DNA of 64,000 nt from Callorhinchus milii. Its lineage: Eukaryota. Each line of letters opens with the position of its first letter. Within the stretch, counting starts at the first letter, position 1. The stretch lies in NCBI RefSeq assembly GCF_018977255.1, contig NW_024704743.1:114206001-114270000 (forward strand). The letters are read 5' to 3'. Positions 1-13,115 of the stretch are shown piece by piece. The position numbers were made by a program, and so were the translations under genes. The notes beneath the pieces are model-generated. The model worked only from the letters and a program-made list of their open reading frames with translations, was not told where the DNA came from and searched no databases.

Positions 1-209
1 GGAACAAGGAGAAGGCGGAAGCACACCTTGCAGTTTAGGCAGCCCACAAAATGATCACCTAACCCAAGCTGCACCGGCACACAGAGCTGGTTGATGCTGT
101 CTGGCATCAAGACAAGGAGGTAAGCAGTGTTTTCTCCAAAGAATCCCGTTCATCATCGACAGTTGTGAGACTGCCTCCGATCAGAACTCTTGTCAAAGCA
201 GGAGCCTTG

Positions 210-375
210 TGACTCTGTGCTCTACAGAGGATTGTCTGGAGATACACTGTCTATGTCCCAGGCACCGTTGATTGTGTGCTGTACAGAGTATTGTTAGTAG
301 AAACGCAGTCTACGACACAGGCACTGTTGAGTGCGCAGGATAGTGGACTGTCTGAAGATACACTGCCTTTGTCAA
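210..375. repeat. Degenerate ~59-bp tandem repeat, about 3 units
   Basis: tgtgct.tacagag at 216 and 275; aggcac.gttga at 260 and 319; tgtctg.agatacactg at 233 and 349. Confidence 0.75.
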
Positions 376-2436
376 AAGTGCTCTTCCACTTTCTACGCAA
401 AGCGGTGATACCTATCGAGGGCTTTTTCAGACACTGAAATGTACCGTATCAGATGAGCAAAACGTACAACTGCACCCCAGAAGGTACACCACCTCACATT
501 TCGGAATAAAAAAGGTGGTGGTAAGAGCAGGAGGGACAGTGTATTCCAGATGAGCAGGAAGTCAATTCTTTCGCATCGCAGTCAATCTGGGGTTTTCTCA
601 TTATATTAAATCAATAAATATTTAGCGTAAACCAGGCCATCTGCGAACCATTATTTTCTTTTGCTCAGTAACTTGGTGTTGTTCACACCAGTTTAAAATT
701 TACTGGCCGCCACTGCACTCATTGTAAAACATGAGCCTGTAATCTTGGCCTTCGCAGCGTGTGTGGCACCTCTTTATGAATAACAAGCAGTCGCTCTGGC
801 AATCCTTCCTTTTAGATAATGAGAAAGAATGATGTGAAAAGTAAACCAAATCCTTTCAGAGTCGCCTTTGGTTCTGTGTAATTCTTAAAAGACATTCAGA
901 CCTCAGCAACGACTTCAGACTGTTTTACCATCTGCAGAGGCAGACAGTACAAACTAATCTCAAATGCAATTTATTCTGTTTTTTCTCTCTTGGTCCATTC
1001 AAGCTGTTTACAGAGCTTTATTAGCGACTATAGCTGCATTTACACTGGGCAGAGTTTACCAGCATGAAAGCTCTATTAATGCTACACTGCAGACTGCTCC
1101 TTGTGTAAATGCCATTGAACTCCCAATGTCAGGCTGAAAGCCTATAAGAAACATACGTGCTCAGAGTGGTCAGAAGGTGGCATCAAGGCATTGCAAAGAG
1201 CTCCTCACAATGAGTCTGTATTACCAACCCCGTAAATCTAGTCTCAATACAATTCTTAGGATCAGCACATCCTTACACTACGCCATGCAGTAAAAAAACA
1301 TGAGATGGATGACTGTCCATAATAAGGGGTCAACGAGACTCAGTTGGTAGCACTCTCACCTGAGTCACAAGGCTGTGGGTTCAAGCCCTACTTCAAGCTC
1401 ATAGTTAAGGCTGACATTCCAATGCTGGGGGAGTGTTGTATTTTCAGAGTTGGTACCGATGATGGGAGGAGAGAAAGGAGATGAGACCATAGGTACAGTC
1501 GAAGAGGGAGGCTTTGAGACTGTACTTGACAACACTACTCCAAATAGAGAAGGGAACCTTTAACTGATGTTGTGGCCAACAGTCCTCATAAATGGGAAAT
1601 GTTAACTTTTGGCTGATCTGGTTGGTCTTCTTCTAACACAATCCCCTGAAGACCTTACCAATCCCCCCCCACCTCCACCCACCCTCCTCTTCACAAGATC
1701 CCTTTATCTTAAACTTTAAGGCACACAATTGTGGAAGCTTCTTAAAATCAGTCTTAACTTAGAAATCAGTTCCTGTTAAGACCTGTGGAAAAGCAGCTTC
1801 CCAGTAAGACTGGATTTATGATCGTTCCTCATATCTGTGCAATCTTAAGTTTTAGATGAAATGGTCTTGCAGGGTAAGACCAGATGAAGTTTCGGGCCTC
1901 TTACTGGTTTGTAACATTTACAGGACTCGGCTATGCGAGTTTATAACCTGGGCGCAAGTGCTATGCTTTCACTCAGTTCACTTACTGGCCATCTTAGAAT
2001 CATCTCCGCTCCCGTCCCCCCAGGCTCTGGTGAAGGGGAAAGTCTGCTCTAAGTGTTTAGCACGTTTCTGAATCATTTACCTTGCGGTAACCAGACTTTC
2101 TGATGTCTCTTCCTTTTAGATCAGTGAAGAACTTCGTCAGGGACTGGGATAAAAATAGCAATGATAAATGGGAACTGCTGAGAGCTCAGCCACCTCACTA
2201 CTGTTCCTACTGAGGCTCCTGCTGTGTTGAGTGATTTCTCATCTATTACAGCTATTTTTAATCAGATCCCTAATGCCTTCCTTTGGCATAATCAGTGGAA
2301 CTCAAAGACATCTGACAATGGAGTTACACCGCATGTGATTCAGACTCTTTTACCCCAGTGAAAAGACTTGGGACAACTAGGGAGAAGCAGCCTCTCTCAG
2401 CCCCCCAACCCCTTCTCTCTCTCTCTCTCTCTCTCT

Positions 2437-2959
2437 CACACAGTCAGTACAGTCAGAATCATTCAAAACTCTGCCGCCCGCATTCTCACTAGCACCAAAC
2501 TCTGCTCCCCGATCACCCCAGTCCTTGCCAGACTGCACTGGTTGCCTGTCCCAGAGAGGATCGACTTCAAGATCCTCACCCTTGTATTCAAATCCCTCCA
2601 TTCCTCTGCACCCCCCTACCCCTCTGACCTTCTCTCTCCTCAAAACAGTACTCGTTGCCTTTGTTCCTCCGGGTCTGGGCTCCTCCTCGTCCCCTGAGTC
2701 CTCCGCTCCACCCTCAGCGGCTGTGGCTGAAGGCACTATGCCCCGAGGCTCTGAAATTTCCTTCCTCACTCCCTTCGTCTCGCTCCCTTCTCTTCCTATT
2801 TTCAGGTCTCTGCTGAAGACCTTTCTCTTCGACTGCGCCTTTGGTCACCTTCCTCCCCCTCCCCCTGGCTTGGCCCCGGGATCCGTTATTGTAAAGTGCT
2901 CTGAGACGCCGTCCGGCATGGAGGGCGCTATATAAGTCCAAGTTGTTGTTGTTGTTGTT
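2437..2959 (+). mobile_element. L2 LINE, 5'-truncated 3' fragment (young subfamily)
   Basis: ORF2 C-terminus IQNSAARILT..PITPVLARLHWLPV..RIDFKIL; ends gagggcgctatataagtccaa(gtt)n. Confidence 0.92.
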
Positions 2960-3289
2960 ACAGTCCCACCCTCAAAGCTGTTACAGTAGAATCCAACCTG
3001 CCTGTGGTAACTTAACGCCAGCAAAATCGACTAAATGTTTTTGGCTACCAGAAATAATAATAATAATAATAATGTACTGAGATAGCTAAAACATTACCAG
3101 TTGTGAACAAAGCTCACTCCCTTTTTTCCCCCTCTTTAATTTTCTCCTGTCTCTACCAAATACACAGACTCACACTTGGGTGCAGTCTCACAAGTGCTGA
3201 TCACCATCTGGTACCAATCTAAGTGGACAATCCTCTTATTACAGCTGATCCAACTGACTTTGTTAGCAACAGCCAAGAAGTAAAGAATG

Positions 3290-3547
3290 GCTAAATTTAT
3301 CTGGGGGATTGTTGGCCAGGACACTGAGAGAAACTTCACTCAGTTTTCCAATAGTGCCATGAGATCTTTAATGTCCATCTAAACCTCAGTTTAACATATC
3401 CAAAGTACGGAACCTCCAACAATGCAGCGCTTCCATCCCCCAGCATTGGAAGGCCAGACTCAACTGTGGGTTCAAAGTCCTGACGTGGGGCTTGAACCCA
3501 CAACCTTCAGACTCAAAGGCGAGGGGGCTACCAACTGAGCCAGGCTA
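3290..3547 (-). mobile_element. SINE family B (tRNA head + Deu-type domain), 5' two-thirds
   Basis: Reverse complement of cctggctcagttggtagc..gagtctgaaggttgtgggttcaagcccc..taaagatctcatggcactatt..gtgtcctggccaac. Confidence 0.85.
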
Positions 3548-4682
3548 ATGATAGACTTTGTCCCTATCTGACACACTTTGCATTTTGGTTAATGAATTAT
3601 AAAGCTCCCGAAAGCCAACAGTGACTGGTAAAGTGGAATGAGAGATTATATGCTTTTTCTATGTATCCATATGAAAAAAAAGTATTGCTAATACATGAGA
3701 GGAATAGGCAAGACAAAGAGATTATAAAAAATAACAAAGCTAAGGAATGGATTACCACAATGTACTTGGCGTCACTTCACTTAGTAATCCTAAAGTAACT
3801 CAGGGTCACTTATGCCTTTGTGGTAAATTGGCGGAACATACATTATCCTAAAGTATTCTACTTTGTACCCAATCACAAGTGTCTTCCAATACTCACCAGT
3901 TTATTCTTCAGCAGAATCCGCACACTATGCATGAAGAGGCTATTTGGTTATATGAGTTAAACCGTCAGCAAGCATTCATCTTTATATATCAACGTATGGA
4001 AAAAAACATTCAATCTCTCTGAGCTGAAATCGACGCTGACAAAGTTTCAGTGCCAGGAGTGCAGCATCAAATTCCCAGTGCTGACAGGGATAATAGTATC
4101 AAAATGTCAAGAGCCGTGACAGAATGTCTTATTTGAATAGTGTAAATGACACAAATGGACGGATCAGTGTCAGGCTCGATGGGCTCACGCGTCAGGTATC
4201 CTTATGATGAGCTAAAACAGAAGACACATAAGTGTGTCAGGACATGACTCTCATCTTTCACTGTATTTATTGTGTTAGATGTAGGATCGCAGGAATTTAC
4301 AGGACTGGAAAAAACATTTTATTCCGTCGAACCCAGTGCCAAAGTAAAAATAGATAAAAATTCTACACCACTATGTCCTGTGGCCCTTAATTGATATCTT
4401 TATCAAATAGCTATCTTTATCTCTGTACAATTTGTGACACATTCAGCTATTCCCGGCCTCGCTCTGTTTGTTGTTCCCTTTTTTACCAAATAGTCCTGCG
4501 TTAGCTGATAAAAATTCAACAACAATTTCTAATACCCTTCACGTAGGGTAGCGTCTCACAGTGGTGGGGTTGGACACTGAGCAAGGACGAAGAGGGTGGT
4601 GACCATAGGTGGGGTGCAAGAGGTAAGTTTTAAGGAGAGATTTAAAGACAGCCAGAGAAGGCGAGACGGAGGGATAGAGGCA

Positions 4683-5108
4683 TAATGATAATTCTTGCAT
4701 ATGACATAGCGCCTTTCACGTCAGGAGAATGTCTCAAAGTGCTTCACGGGATTCACTGGAAAGTGTAGTGCCATTATTTTGCAGGCAAATTCAGCAACCA
4801 ATTTATGCATAATAATATCCCCAAAACAGGCATGAAATAAATGAGCAATTTTATCTGGAGGATTATTGACAACACTGGGAGAGAGAAAATCTTTGTCTTT
4901 TCGAATAGTTCCATGGGATCCAAGACATCCACCTGAAGGGACATGGTTTAACATTTCATCCAAAGGCAGATACTGGGGTGCTGCCCAGCACTGCACTGGA
5001 ATGCCAACCTGGAGTTTAAAACCCCTACATGGAGGGTGTTGGTGGTGGTGGTGGGGCTGAGGGAGTACGTGACTCAGAGGCGAGAGCGCTACCATCTTCA
5101 CCAGGCTA
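4683..5108 (-). mobile_element. SINE family B, near full length
   Basis: Head, Deu-type centre (gatcccatggaactattcgaaaag) and L2-like tail; ends ~70 bp from the SULF donor site. Confidence 0.85.
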
Positions 5109-5176
5109 ATATCGATTAATTTATATTTAACTTGGGAATGAAACAGTGTAAAATAACTCCTAAACTTCTTTCTTAC

Positions 5177-5339
5177 CAAGCTCCACATCCTGGTCATCTG
5201 TGATGATCAGAATGATGTTGGGTCTGATGTTTCTTCGGTCACGCTGCACGCGTCCTTTAAACCGCTGTGGTTTCAAGCCCAAGCCAAAGGCTCCTATCAA
5301 TTCAATACTCAGCAGGACTAAAAGCAGGACAAGTTTCAT
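5177..5339 (-). CDS. SULF1: First coding exon of extracellular sulfatase (heparan sulfate 6-O-endosulfatase); partial CDS that continues left of the window
   Basis: Translates to [54 protein letters not shown](G): a signal peptide plus the Sulf N-terminal motif [17 protein letters not shown]. Ends at a phase-1 G|GTAAG donor (GT at 5176-5175). The ATG has A at -3 and in-frame stops upstream. [18 protein letters not shown] aligns in register with recalled SULF1 sequences, while QRDRRN resembles SULF2, so the paralog call (~0.7) is weaker than the family call. Confidence 0.93.
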
Positions 5340-5412
5340 TATGTCAGCTTGTCTCAGGGCCACAATAATGGAACAACGGGGACTTTAGTTTCACCGCCTC
5401 TTGCCAAGTGAT
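5340..5412 (-). other. SULF1: 5'-UTR part (73 nt) of the SULF start-codon exon; whole exon 5177-5412
   Basis: Minus-strand acceptor ttctaatttgttctgctttaattacag|ATCAC with AG at 5414-5413 and a branch-like ctaat upstream. Confidence 0.75.
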
Positions 5413-7094
5413 CTGTAATTAAAGCAGAACAAATTAGAACAGTCAGTATGAACACAATGCAAGCTCGGAACAATGCAGGGAGGTTACAGCACACTAAAAT
5501 TAAGACGTTATTTTCTGGATCGCAAAGCATTTTTTTTAACCACAAAGAATTTTCCCTCGAAAGTGGAAGGTTTATTTTCAGTAGGGGACTTGGGAGATCT
5601 CAGCCGTTAAATGATGCACAAATCAAACCAGTGCAAACAGACACAACATAGAAACTGCACATTGTAACATGTCTTTTGCAGAGAATCTGCAACAGGTCTG
5701 CAGTGAGACTGAGAGAACCATTCTGTTAAATGCAGATCCTGCCACTTACAGTGGACAAATGCTTTGCAATTTCTCAAAATCAAAGTGGAACCAGCAATCA
5801 GGTTACAATTGCATTTGTCAAATCAGTTGAAACAGTCCAATAAAAAATTCCCATTTTGCCCATATCATTCAGAAAGAAGCTTTTTTTTTGGACTCCAGCC
5901 CTGCTATGATCTTGCCTATTGAAATATTGAGTGTGACATTGACAGAAGCCTTGTGATCTTAACGGGAGTCCAAGCAACCCCTTCCTGCGTTGAACTGACA
6001 GAAAACATTCTGAGACTCCCATCTCCTTCTAGAGAAACACACAGCGTAACTGCAATACCCAGATTACGAATCAAACTGACCCAGTCAACACCATCTTCTG
6101 GTAGAGGGAACTTCTGCTTAACTCCTGTCCCTTTCAGCTGTGTGCAGACTCTGTGCACACGCAGATAATATACAAGATATTAAGCCTCAGTTTCATGCGC
6201 GTGTGGGTAGGGATGGGCAGGTGGGTGGAGAGAAGGGTTAATTTTGCTACCAATCCATCTCAACCTGCTATTGGGATGATTGATGGAGCCTGAAGACTAA
6301 AGGTAACTTACTCCACTTTGACATTTATTGCATTCAGCTGTCACACAGGCATCTTTTTACATGTTTAAGAATACGCTTGGATTAAAATGTGAATGCATGT
6401 ACAGTTCTGACTTACTGACTTACTAAAAGACCATTTAATTGAGGCATTTGAGTCAACCAGAAACATTTGTGCCACTCACGCTCAAAGGGCAGGAGCTCAT
6501 TATAATTTAACATTTGTAAAGATGGCAATTTGTTGTTGTTGATCAGCAGACGGAACACTGAGGGTCAGTGCCGAGGGGTCTGAAGAAACATTAAACCTGA
6601 ATGAACATTTCGGGAAATTCACCATAGCAAGAGGTGCTCACACCTGATGCTTTTGCCCCTGTGCTCTCTGGTATGAATACCCACTGTTATCAGGGTAGCC
6701 ATTAGCGTAAGATCAAAGCTGTTTCAATCAAACAGAAATGCAAAAAGGAACATTATTAAAAAAATTGCGCACAAAAACATACAGCTATTCCACTTTGCAG
6801 CATGTCCTGTGAAGTGCTTTGGGACATCCTCCTGACATGAAAAGTCGTTATACCAAATGCAAGTACTATTACTATTTATTTTTATTATTAAACTTGAAGG
6901 CAGTACACTTGGGGTTGTTGCAGTGTCTATTACTCAAAGTGATCTCGCCTTACTGAAGCGAAACAACCAACCGTCCACCAGCCTGCTTTCTTCCACTACA
7001 GGGGACATCCTCCCGACATGAAAGGTGCTATATAAATACCATTTGTTTTTGTTGTTATTTCCCTTTAATGCAACTTAAGGCCCACGAAAGCTTT

Positions 7095-7477
7095 CCACGG
7101 GAGTTTGGTAATACTGAGTGGGGGCAGGGAGTCATCCCACTCAGCTCCTGTTAACCCTGCAAGCCAAAGCCCGAACGAGTAGCGTGGGCAAGCAGCAGGA
7201 AAGCTTGCAATATCAATGACAAGCTATGCGGTTTTAGCTGGTTAAAACTCCAGCAGTACCCCAATGCACGCTCTGGGGTCCCCGAGCCTTGGCTCTTGCC
7301 AACTTAATACTTTCCAGAATTAGTTAAGCAGGATGGAGAGACTGCGCATCCCATTCCAACAATCTATCTCTGGGATTTCCATGTTTAAGTGGGACGCTTG
7401 GATATCTCAGCTTGGTTTGGATAATCTGAAGCATGGTGATGAGTTTCTGCATTTGTCGGATACCCGGCTGACCAAAA
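7095..7477 (+). repeat. Unclassified old interspersed repeat, copy 1
   Basis: Colinear similarity to 43716-44104 and 62844-62952. Confidence 0.8.
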
Positions 7478-8085
7478 TATTTTTTTAAATCTCATGAAAT
7501 CTGCAACAAGCCATTACAGCTGTATTAGTCAGCAGCACTGTACTCAGTGGTTTTTAATGTGCTGATCACCATCACATTCTGCAAGCTTCAGTGATCAAGT
7601 AGTCGGTCCTGCACTTAACGGACAAGTGATTGATGTCGATAGCCTTTGTGTAATGTGGCTGCACTCTGGTGACGGTCAAAGCAGTTGAGGCAAGAACACC
7701 GAATGGCAGCTGACTGTGTTACAAGTCTTGGAAAACATACTGGGAGGAATTAAAATCAATAACACCAGAATGGCATCTCATAACGGACTGTTCTGTTTCT
7801 CTCTGTAAAGTCTGAGTTCCACTAACAAACTGCCTGGTAATACAGCCGTCTGCTTTTGAGGTTATTTAACAGAACTCACACACTATTGCTGCACAGGATT
7901 TCACTGTGAGCACTGTGCCCTGCCTCACCCAACACAAGATTAACAGTTCACTAATGTGAAAGTCCATCGGAAATCTCTCACCTAATACACAGTAAATCAA
8001 AAAAGCATTTTTAGTAAACTGTCCGACGGAGGGAAAGGGGGTGTGGGGGGGAATGGTAAACACATCAGTAAACGATGGTACTCAC

Positions 8086-8137
8086 AAATGACCAAGATGC
8101 TCGGAAAACTAAGTCTGAAAGTCTTCCATAACGCTTG
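8086..8137 (-). other. Candidate 52-nt non-coding 5'-UTR exon
   Basis: Acceptor cttcgttcattttcttgacag| and donor |gtgagt in non-repetitive sequence; splice signals only. Confidence 0.4.
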
Positions 8138-9373
8138 CTGTCAAGAAAATGAACGAAGCGTGTAGAAATGAAACAGCCCAGGGTCTGATGAGCCAGCCTC
8201 ACTGCCTGCATTTAGTGATGTACAGCAAACTTTGCAGACATTGTTGACTCAACTACTGCAGTCATTCAGACTGCATTGAGTAAACATTGGCAGCGCTGAC
8301 TTTAAATAAACCCTACACTCTGCACTTGCAAATGCCAGACAATCATACCTCAGTGACAATGTGAATGAAATGTGCAGCATTGCCAGAGCAACTGGCTTCA
8401 GACTTTCCAATTCAGTCGTGCTATTCTTTAGCCTAAATCGTCGCTCCGAGCTGGAGGAGAGCCAGAGGGATACCTGGGATGAAGTTGTTCAGCTGTGATA
8501 GACAAAGATCCGTATCACTCATCTTCAAGCATGGACAATCTTCCATTCAGTGTTGACCTTTTCAAACCTGACATCCCTGTGCATGCTGCCTTCCTGGTGC
8601 AGCAGGAGACAAGGCTGCTGCATTAATTCTGGCAAAGTGTGCGCTTGTCTTGAGAGACAAGGATGTCAGAGGTTTTTTTTTGTGCAGGAAGCTACGAGAC
8701 AGCCTTCTGGCACCTCAGGAGATTCTGAAACCCATTCCCTCGGATAAGAGCAGAAATATTGACGGCACATCAAACACAGGCCCTGTGGCTGGAAATGTAC
8801 TCTGAGCCCAAGCCTGTAATAGGCAGATAACTGTACATCAGCAATTTGAGGTCATCCCGCCATCCCTACAACTATTATTATTTACTGCTGTCTCACGCCA
8901 ACAATATACCTAGTTACACAATCAATTCAGAAAAACTTAGCAACAAGCACAAAGCCCTGGTTTACTTTACGTACAATGAATTACAGGGTAATGTACTCCT
9001 ACTTCTCACGACTGAACTCTTTCAATGAGCTTTAAAATAAATGACTTCAATCTTGCTTTGCATAGTTACAGTGCTTGAAAGCTTACCTATGCATGACATT
9101 GTTTGGGGAAAAAAACTGGATTCCGTGAGAAAAGTTTAATTCACAGTGACACCAAACCCGAGTCTGCTCATATATGGATGTATAGTTCTGTGTGCTCAGA
9201 ACTCATCTTCTGTAAGTTACGTTAGAGGTACATTGTCTTCTTAAAAGAATATTCGGAGATTTCACCTACCCTCCTCGCCCCCCAAGTCCTTTGAGGGGAA
9301 AATTCCACCTAGGTCTATCTAGATTTACTTTTATTCTCCTTCTCTCCCTTGTTCAAGGCACATCTTGGCTCAG

Positions 9374-9800
9374 CGTCACCCGACTCAGTGGTAGAACTCT
9401 CGCCTCGGGAGTCAGAAGGTTGTGGGTTCAAGCCCCATGTCAGGACTTAAAACTCACAATAGTCTAAGATGACACCCTAATGCAATGTTGGGGTATATTG
9501 CATTGTTGGACGTGTCGTCTTTCGGATGAGACGTTAAGCTCAGGTCCTGTCTGCGTGTTCAGGTGGATGTTAAAGATACCATGGCATTATTCGAAAAGTG
9601 AAGGGAGTTTCTCCCGATGTCCTGGCCAAAAATCTCCCAAATAAAATTGGTCATTCATTTCATGGCTGTTTATGGGACATTGCTGCGTGCAATAGTGCTG
9701 CTGTGTTTGCCTACAAATCCACAGTCACTCCATTTTGTAATAAGTCCTGTGAAGCACTGTGAGACGTCCTTCCAACATGATAAAATACTATACCAAATCC
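9374..9800 (+). mobile_element. SINE family B, full length
   Basis: A/B-box head, tcggatgagacgttaa, gttaaagataccatggcattattcgaaaag, ctgtttatgggacattgctg, tail. Confidence 0.88.
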
Positions 9801-10959
9801 CTTGGCTCCCATTTCCAGCTTGGTTGCTCTGCCAGCATTGTCAAGTGCTTTGAGACGTCTTCCCAATGTCAAAGGTGCTTCATAAATGTAAATTTATATT
9901 TTATTGTACTCTTATTAACATAGCATAGCAGAGCACCCAGAATTTAGCAAATTCTTAAATACAGCCTCAATTTTGAAGTGGGTTTTGATTTTTTAATAAC
10001 TACAGGAAAACAACTCAAAAATTAAGACTGAACTGAATAAGTTGCCAAATGCTGGACCCTCTGAAATAAGTTAAAAGTGTAAATCTTGACCAAGGTTCAA
10101 TTTCTCCCCACTAATTGGTTAAAAAAAGTTCTTGCTAATGTGCAAACTTCTTATACTAATATTTACATGGATGTGATGTGATGATTATTACTGGTGATAA
10201 CTGTCACATTGTGGGACATTCTGCTCCTGGAAATGTTCTAGTCCGAAGCTGCTTTACTGCTACCACTGAGGAAGCTGCCGAGTGGACTCTGACATTTTAG
10301 TACTGGTTCGGGTAATACCGGAACTTATAATGTAATATAATAATAATCCTTGCATTTGACATAGCGCCTTATCACATAGCACTTCACAGAATATACTGTA
10401 AAGGGAATTGATTGTAATATTTTGTGGGTGGAATTTAAACTTAAACTGATTGTTACAGAGGGCAGAGGAATGGTAGTGTGTAGTCAGTTTGATTGTCAGT
10501 TTCAATTTGCCTGTCACAATTGTGAAAATAAATGAGAGGGTGACCACAGCCAGGCTTGATTCTGGGCTATCAGTGCTAGTCCCTCCTGTCAGATTCTCAA
10601 GAAGCAGCAGTTTGTAATAAAATTGCTGTGAAATAATTCTCCTTTACTTAAGACAGTTTGCACACTTCTATGGAGATATGCTGAATATTTTACAGGGGAG
10701 CTGAGCAACTCTGAGCACTCTGAATGATGATCCCAACTTGTTAACTGGAGGATGATGAAGAGCTAAGGGGATTCACAGCAACAGGGCAAGCTGTGAGCTC
10801 CTCATGGCAGCACAGTGACTGGAAGATTAGTTGTGCTGTTTGGTTACAACCCTGTGAATTGCACTGTAATGTGGGAGAGATCTGTGGTGTCAGGATTCTT
10901 TTGTGAATCTGTTTCATTCCTTCGTAATATTTCTTACTTCTGATGTAACCCCTTTACCA

Positions 10960-11395
10960 CATTATTGGAACGTCTCAAAGTGCTTCACAGGATTCACTGT
11001 AGAGTATAGTGACCGTATTTTGCAGATGAAAGCAGCAGCCAATTTTGTGCAAAGTCCCACAAAAAAAAATGAATTGAATGAGTCAGTAGCACACTCGCTT
11101 CTTGAGATTCAAGCATCACATCGGATACATCGGATAAGACCCACACTCCAATACAGTGCTGGGGGAGCGCTGCACTGTTGGAGGTGCTGTTCTTTGGATG
11201 AGTCATTAAACTATCAAATCGCAATGCCGTCTGCCTATTTAATGTATATCAAATATATCAAATATATCACATATATATCACATATATATCACAGGTGGAC
11301 ATTTGAAGATCCCATGGCACTATTCAAAAAGAAATGGGAGTTTCTCCCTGTGTCCTGGCCAACAGTCCTACAGATAAAAATAGGTCATTCACTTC
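10960..11395. mobile_element. Two abutting family B SINE fragments (minus tail, then plus body) with an internal (atatatcac)-like expansion at ~11245-11292
   Basis: Similarity to other family B copies. Confidence 0.7.
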
Positions 11396-12010
11396 AGGAG
11401 CATTCTCCCTGCCGCATCGCTCCGACACCGGATAAAAGGAAGTGCAAATGTTTCCTAAGCTCTCTCTAGATAGCCAAACAAGTATTCCTGAAATGAAGGC
11501 ATCTTGGGACTAGGCCAGTGCAAATGCACAAGGGAGCCACTTCTTGCGCAGCACTTCCAGCAGTTGATATTAGATCTTAATCGCGCCTTCATCAGAATGA
11601 CACATTGGCTGCATTTCACAAACTGGGCTGTAGCCAGGATACATAGAAGCCACGCGCACTGGACCCATTTCATCTATTTGGAACGGTACAAAACTATGTT
11701 TGTGCCACTTTACTTTGACATAAAATCCGTTCTGGGATTAAAGTAAAAATAATTTGCAGTGTGTTAGGGAAAGCACTTATCATGGAAGACCCGCTTGGCT
11801 TTAGGGGTAAAGTGTGTACATTTAACAGATCTTTCTGTGCCTGAGGTTCTTCTTTTGCTCTGGCGGGTAAGTATCTGTCTCGCATTACAGGTACAGACCT
11901 AACTCCAAGCAGGCATTTCACTATTACTCAATGTGGCCTTCGAGTGTGAGATCGGGGGTAGCAAATTACACACGGGAAAAAGCACGAGAATGAAGCCTTA
12001 ATGCTGGGAA

Positions 12011-12300
12011 AATAATAATATGATGATAATAATCCTTGCATTTGATATAGCGCTTTTCATGTCTTTGTAAAATGAATTGACTGTATATTTGTGGGCGAAA
12101 CACGGCAGCCAATTGCGCACAGCAGTGTCCCACAAACAGTCGTGGATTCAGTGACCAAATTATTATTGTTTTTTTTCTTGAGGGATTATTATCAGGCATG
12201 TGGAGCAAGGAAACTTGCCCAAGGTTTCGCCATAGCGGGAATCAAACTCAGGCCTCTCCCTTGCGAGGCAAGTGCTCTAACTACTGAGCTGCACGACTCC
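12011..12300 (-). mobile_element. SINE family A (tRNA-Ala-like head), short subfamily
   Basis: Reverse complement of ggagtcgtgcagctcagtagttagagcac..ccttgggcaagtttcctt..aaagcgctatatcaaatgcaagg(att)n. Confidence 0.9.
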
Positions 12301-12425
12301 ACAAAACTGGGAATCTCGCAAGGAATGCCAATTTACGATCAAGCCGACCTGGGAATTCAGCTCCAATGAGATCCAGAGCTCTGTTTCTGCATGTCAATGT
12401 TATGTATATTGGGTTTCTACTTCAG

Positions 12426-12799
12426 GTGCAGTCTGACTCAGTTGGTGGCACTCTTGCTTGTGAGATAGAAGCTTGTGAGTTGAAGCCGCATGTTGGAATT
12501 TTGAACTCATAGTCTAGGTTGACACTCTTGAGGGAGTGTTGGTGAAGCATTGCATTGTCAGAGATGCTGTCTATAGATGATATATTAAATTGCCTGTTCA
12601 TGTGGGTGTTAAAGATCCCATGGCATTATTCAAAGAGAGAAGATTTTTAATTTCTCCAGATGCCGTGACCAACAATCCCCAGGTAAAATTGGTCACTCAC
12701 TTCATAGCTGTGTGTGGGATCTTGCTGTGTGCAAATTAGCTGCCTGTTGTGCCGACAGATACACAGTCACTACACTTTTTGAGATGTTGCTCCGTGATG
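12426..12799 (+). mobile_element. SINE family B, tail-to-tail with a family A copy
   Basis: Head ctgactcagttggtggcactc; centre gttaaagatcccatggcattattc. Confidence 0.85.
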
Positions 12800-13115
12800 T
12801 AATAATAATAATCCTTGCATTTGATAGAGCGCTTTTTCACGTCTTCTCGACATCTCAAAGTGCTTCACAGAATATATTGTAAAGTGAATTGACCGTATAT
12901 TTGTGGGCGAAACACGGCAGCCAATTGTGCACAGCAGTGTCCCACAAATAGTCGTGGATTGAAAATGACCAATTTATTATTGTTTTGTTTTTTGGAGGGA
13001 TTATTATTAGGCATGTGGAGTAAGGAAACTTGCCCAAAGTTTCACCCTGCCTGGAATTGAACCCAGGTGTCTCGCTTGCAAGGCGAGTGCTCTAACCACT
13101 GAGCTACAGGACTCC
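12800..13115 (-). mobile_element. SINE family A, short subfamily, full length
   Basis: Highly similar reverse complement of 14749-15068. Confidence 0.95.

Noticed and set aside
1700..2130. cttaa/taag-rich segment loosely resembling 40790-40950 and 49100-49170
   Set aside because: The similarity is too short and patchy to support a repeat family without alignment.
1..5176. Second SULF coding exon (expected GS(L/M)QVMNKT..CCPSRSS)
   Set aside because: No such translation is visible; it should lie left of the window.
5340..5363. N-terminal extension MALRQADI in the ORF track
   Set aside because: It starts at GTG. The ATG at 5339 has a good context and directly begins the signal peptide.
10903..11469. 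Longest ORF in the track (188 aa) and other ORFs over 100 aa
   Set aside because: They run through SINE or L2 fragments or low-complexity DNA and show no protein-family features.
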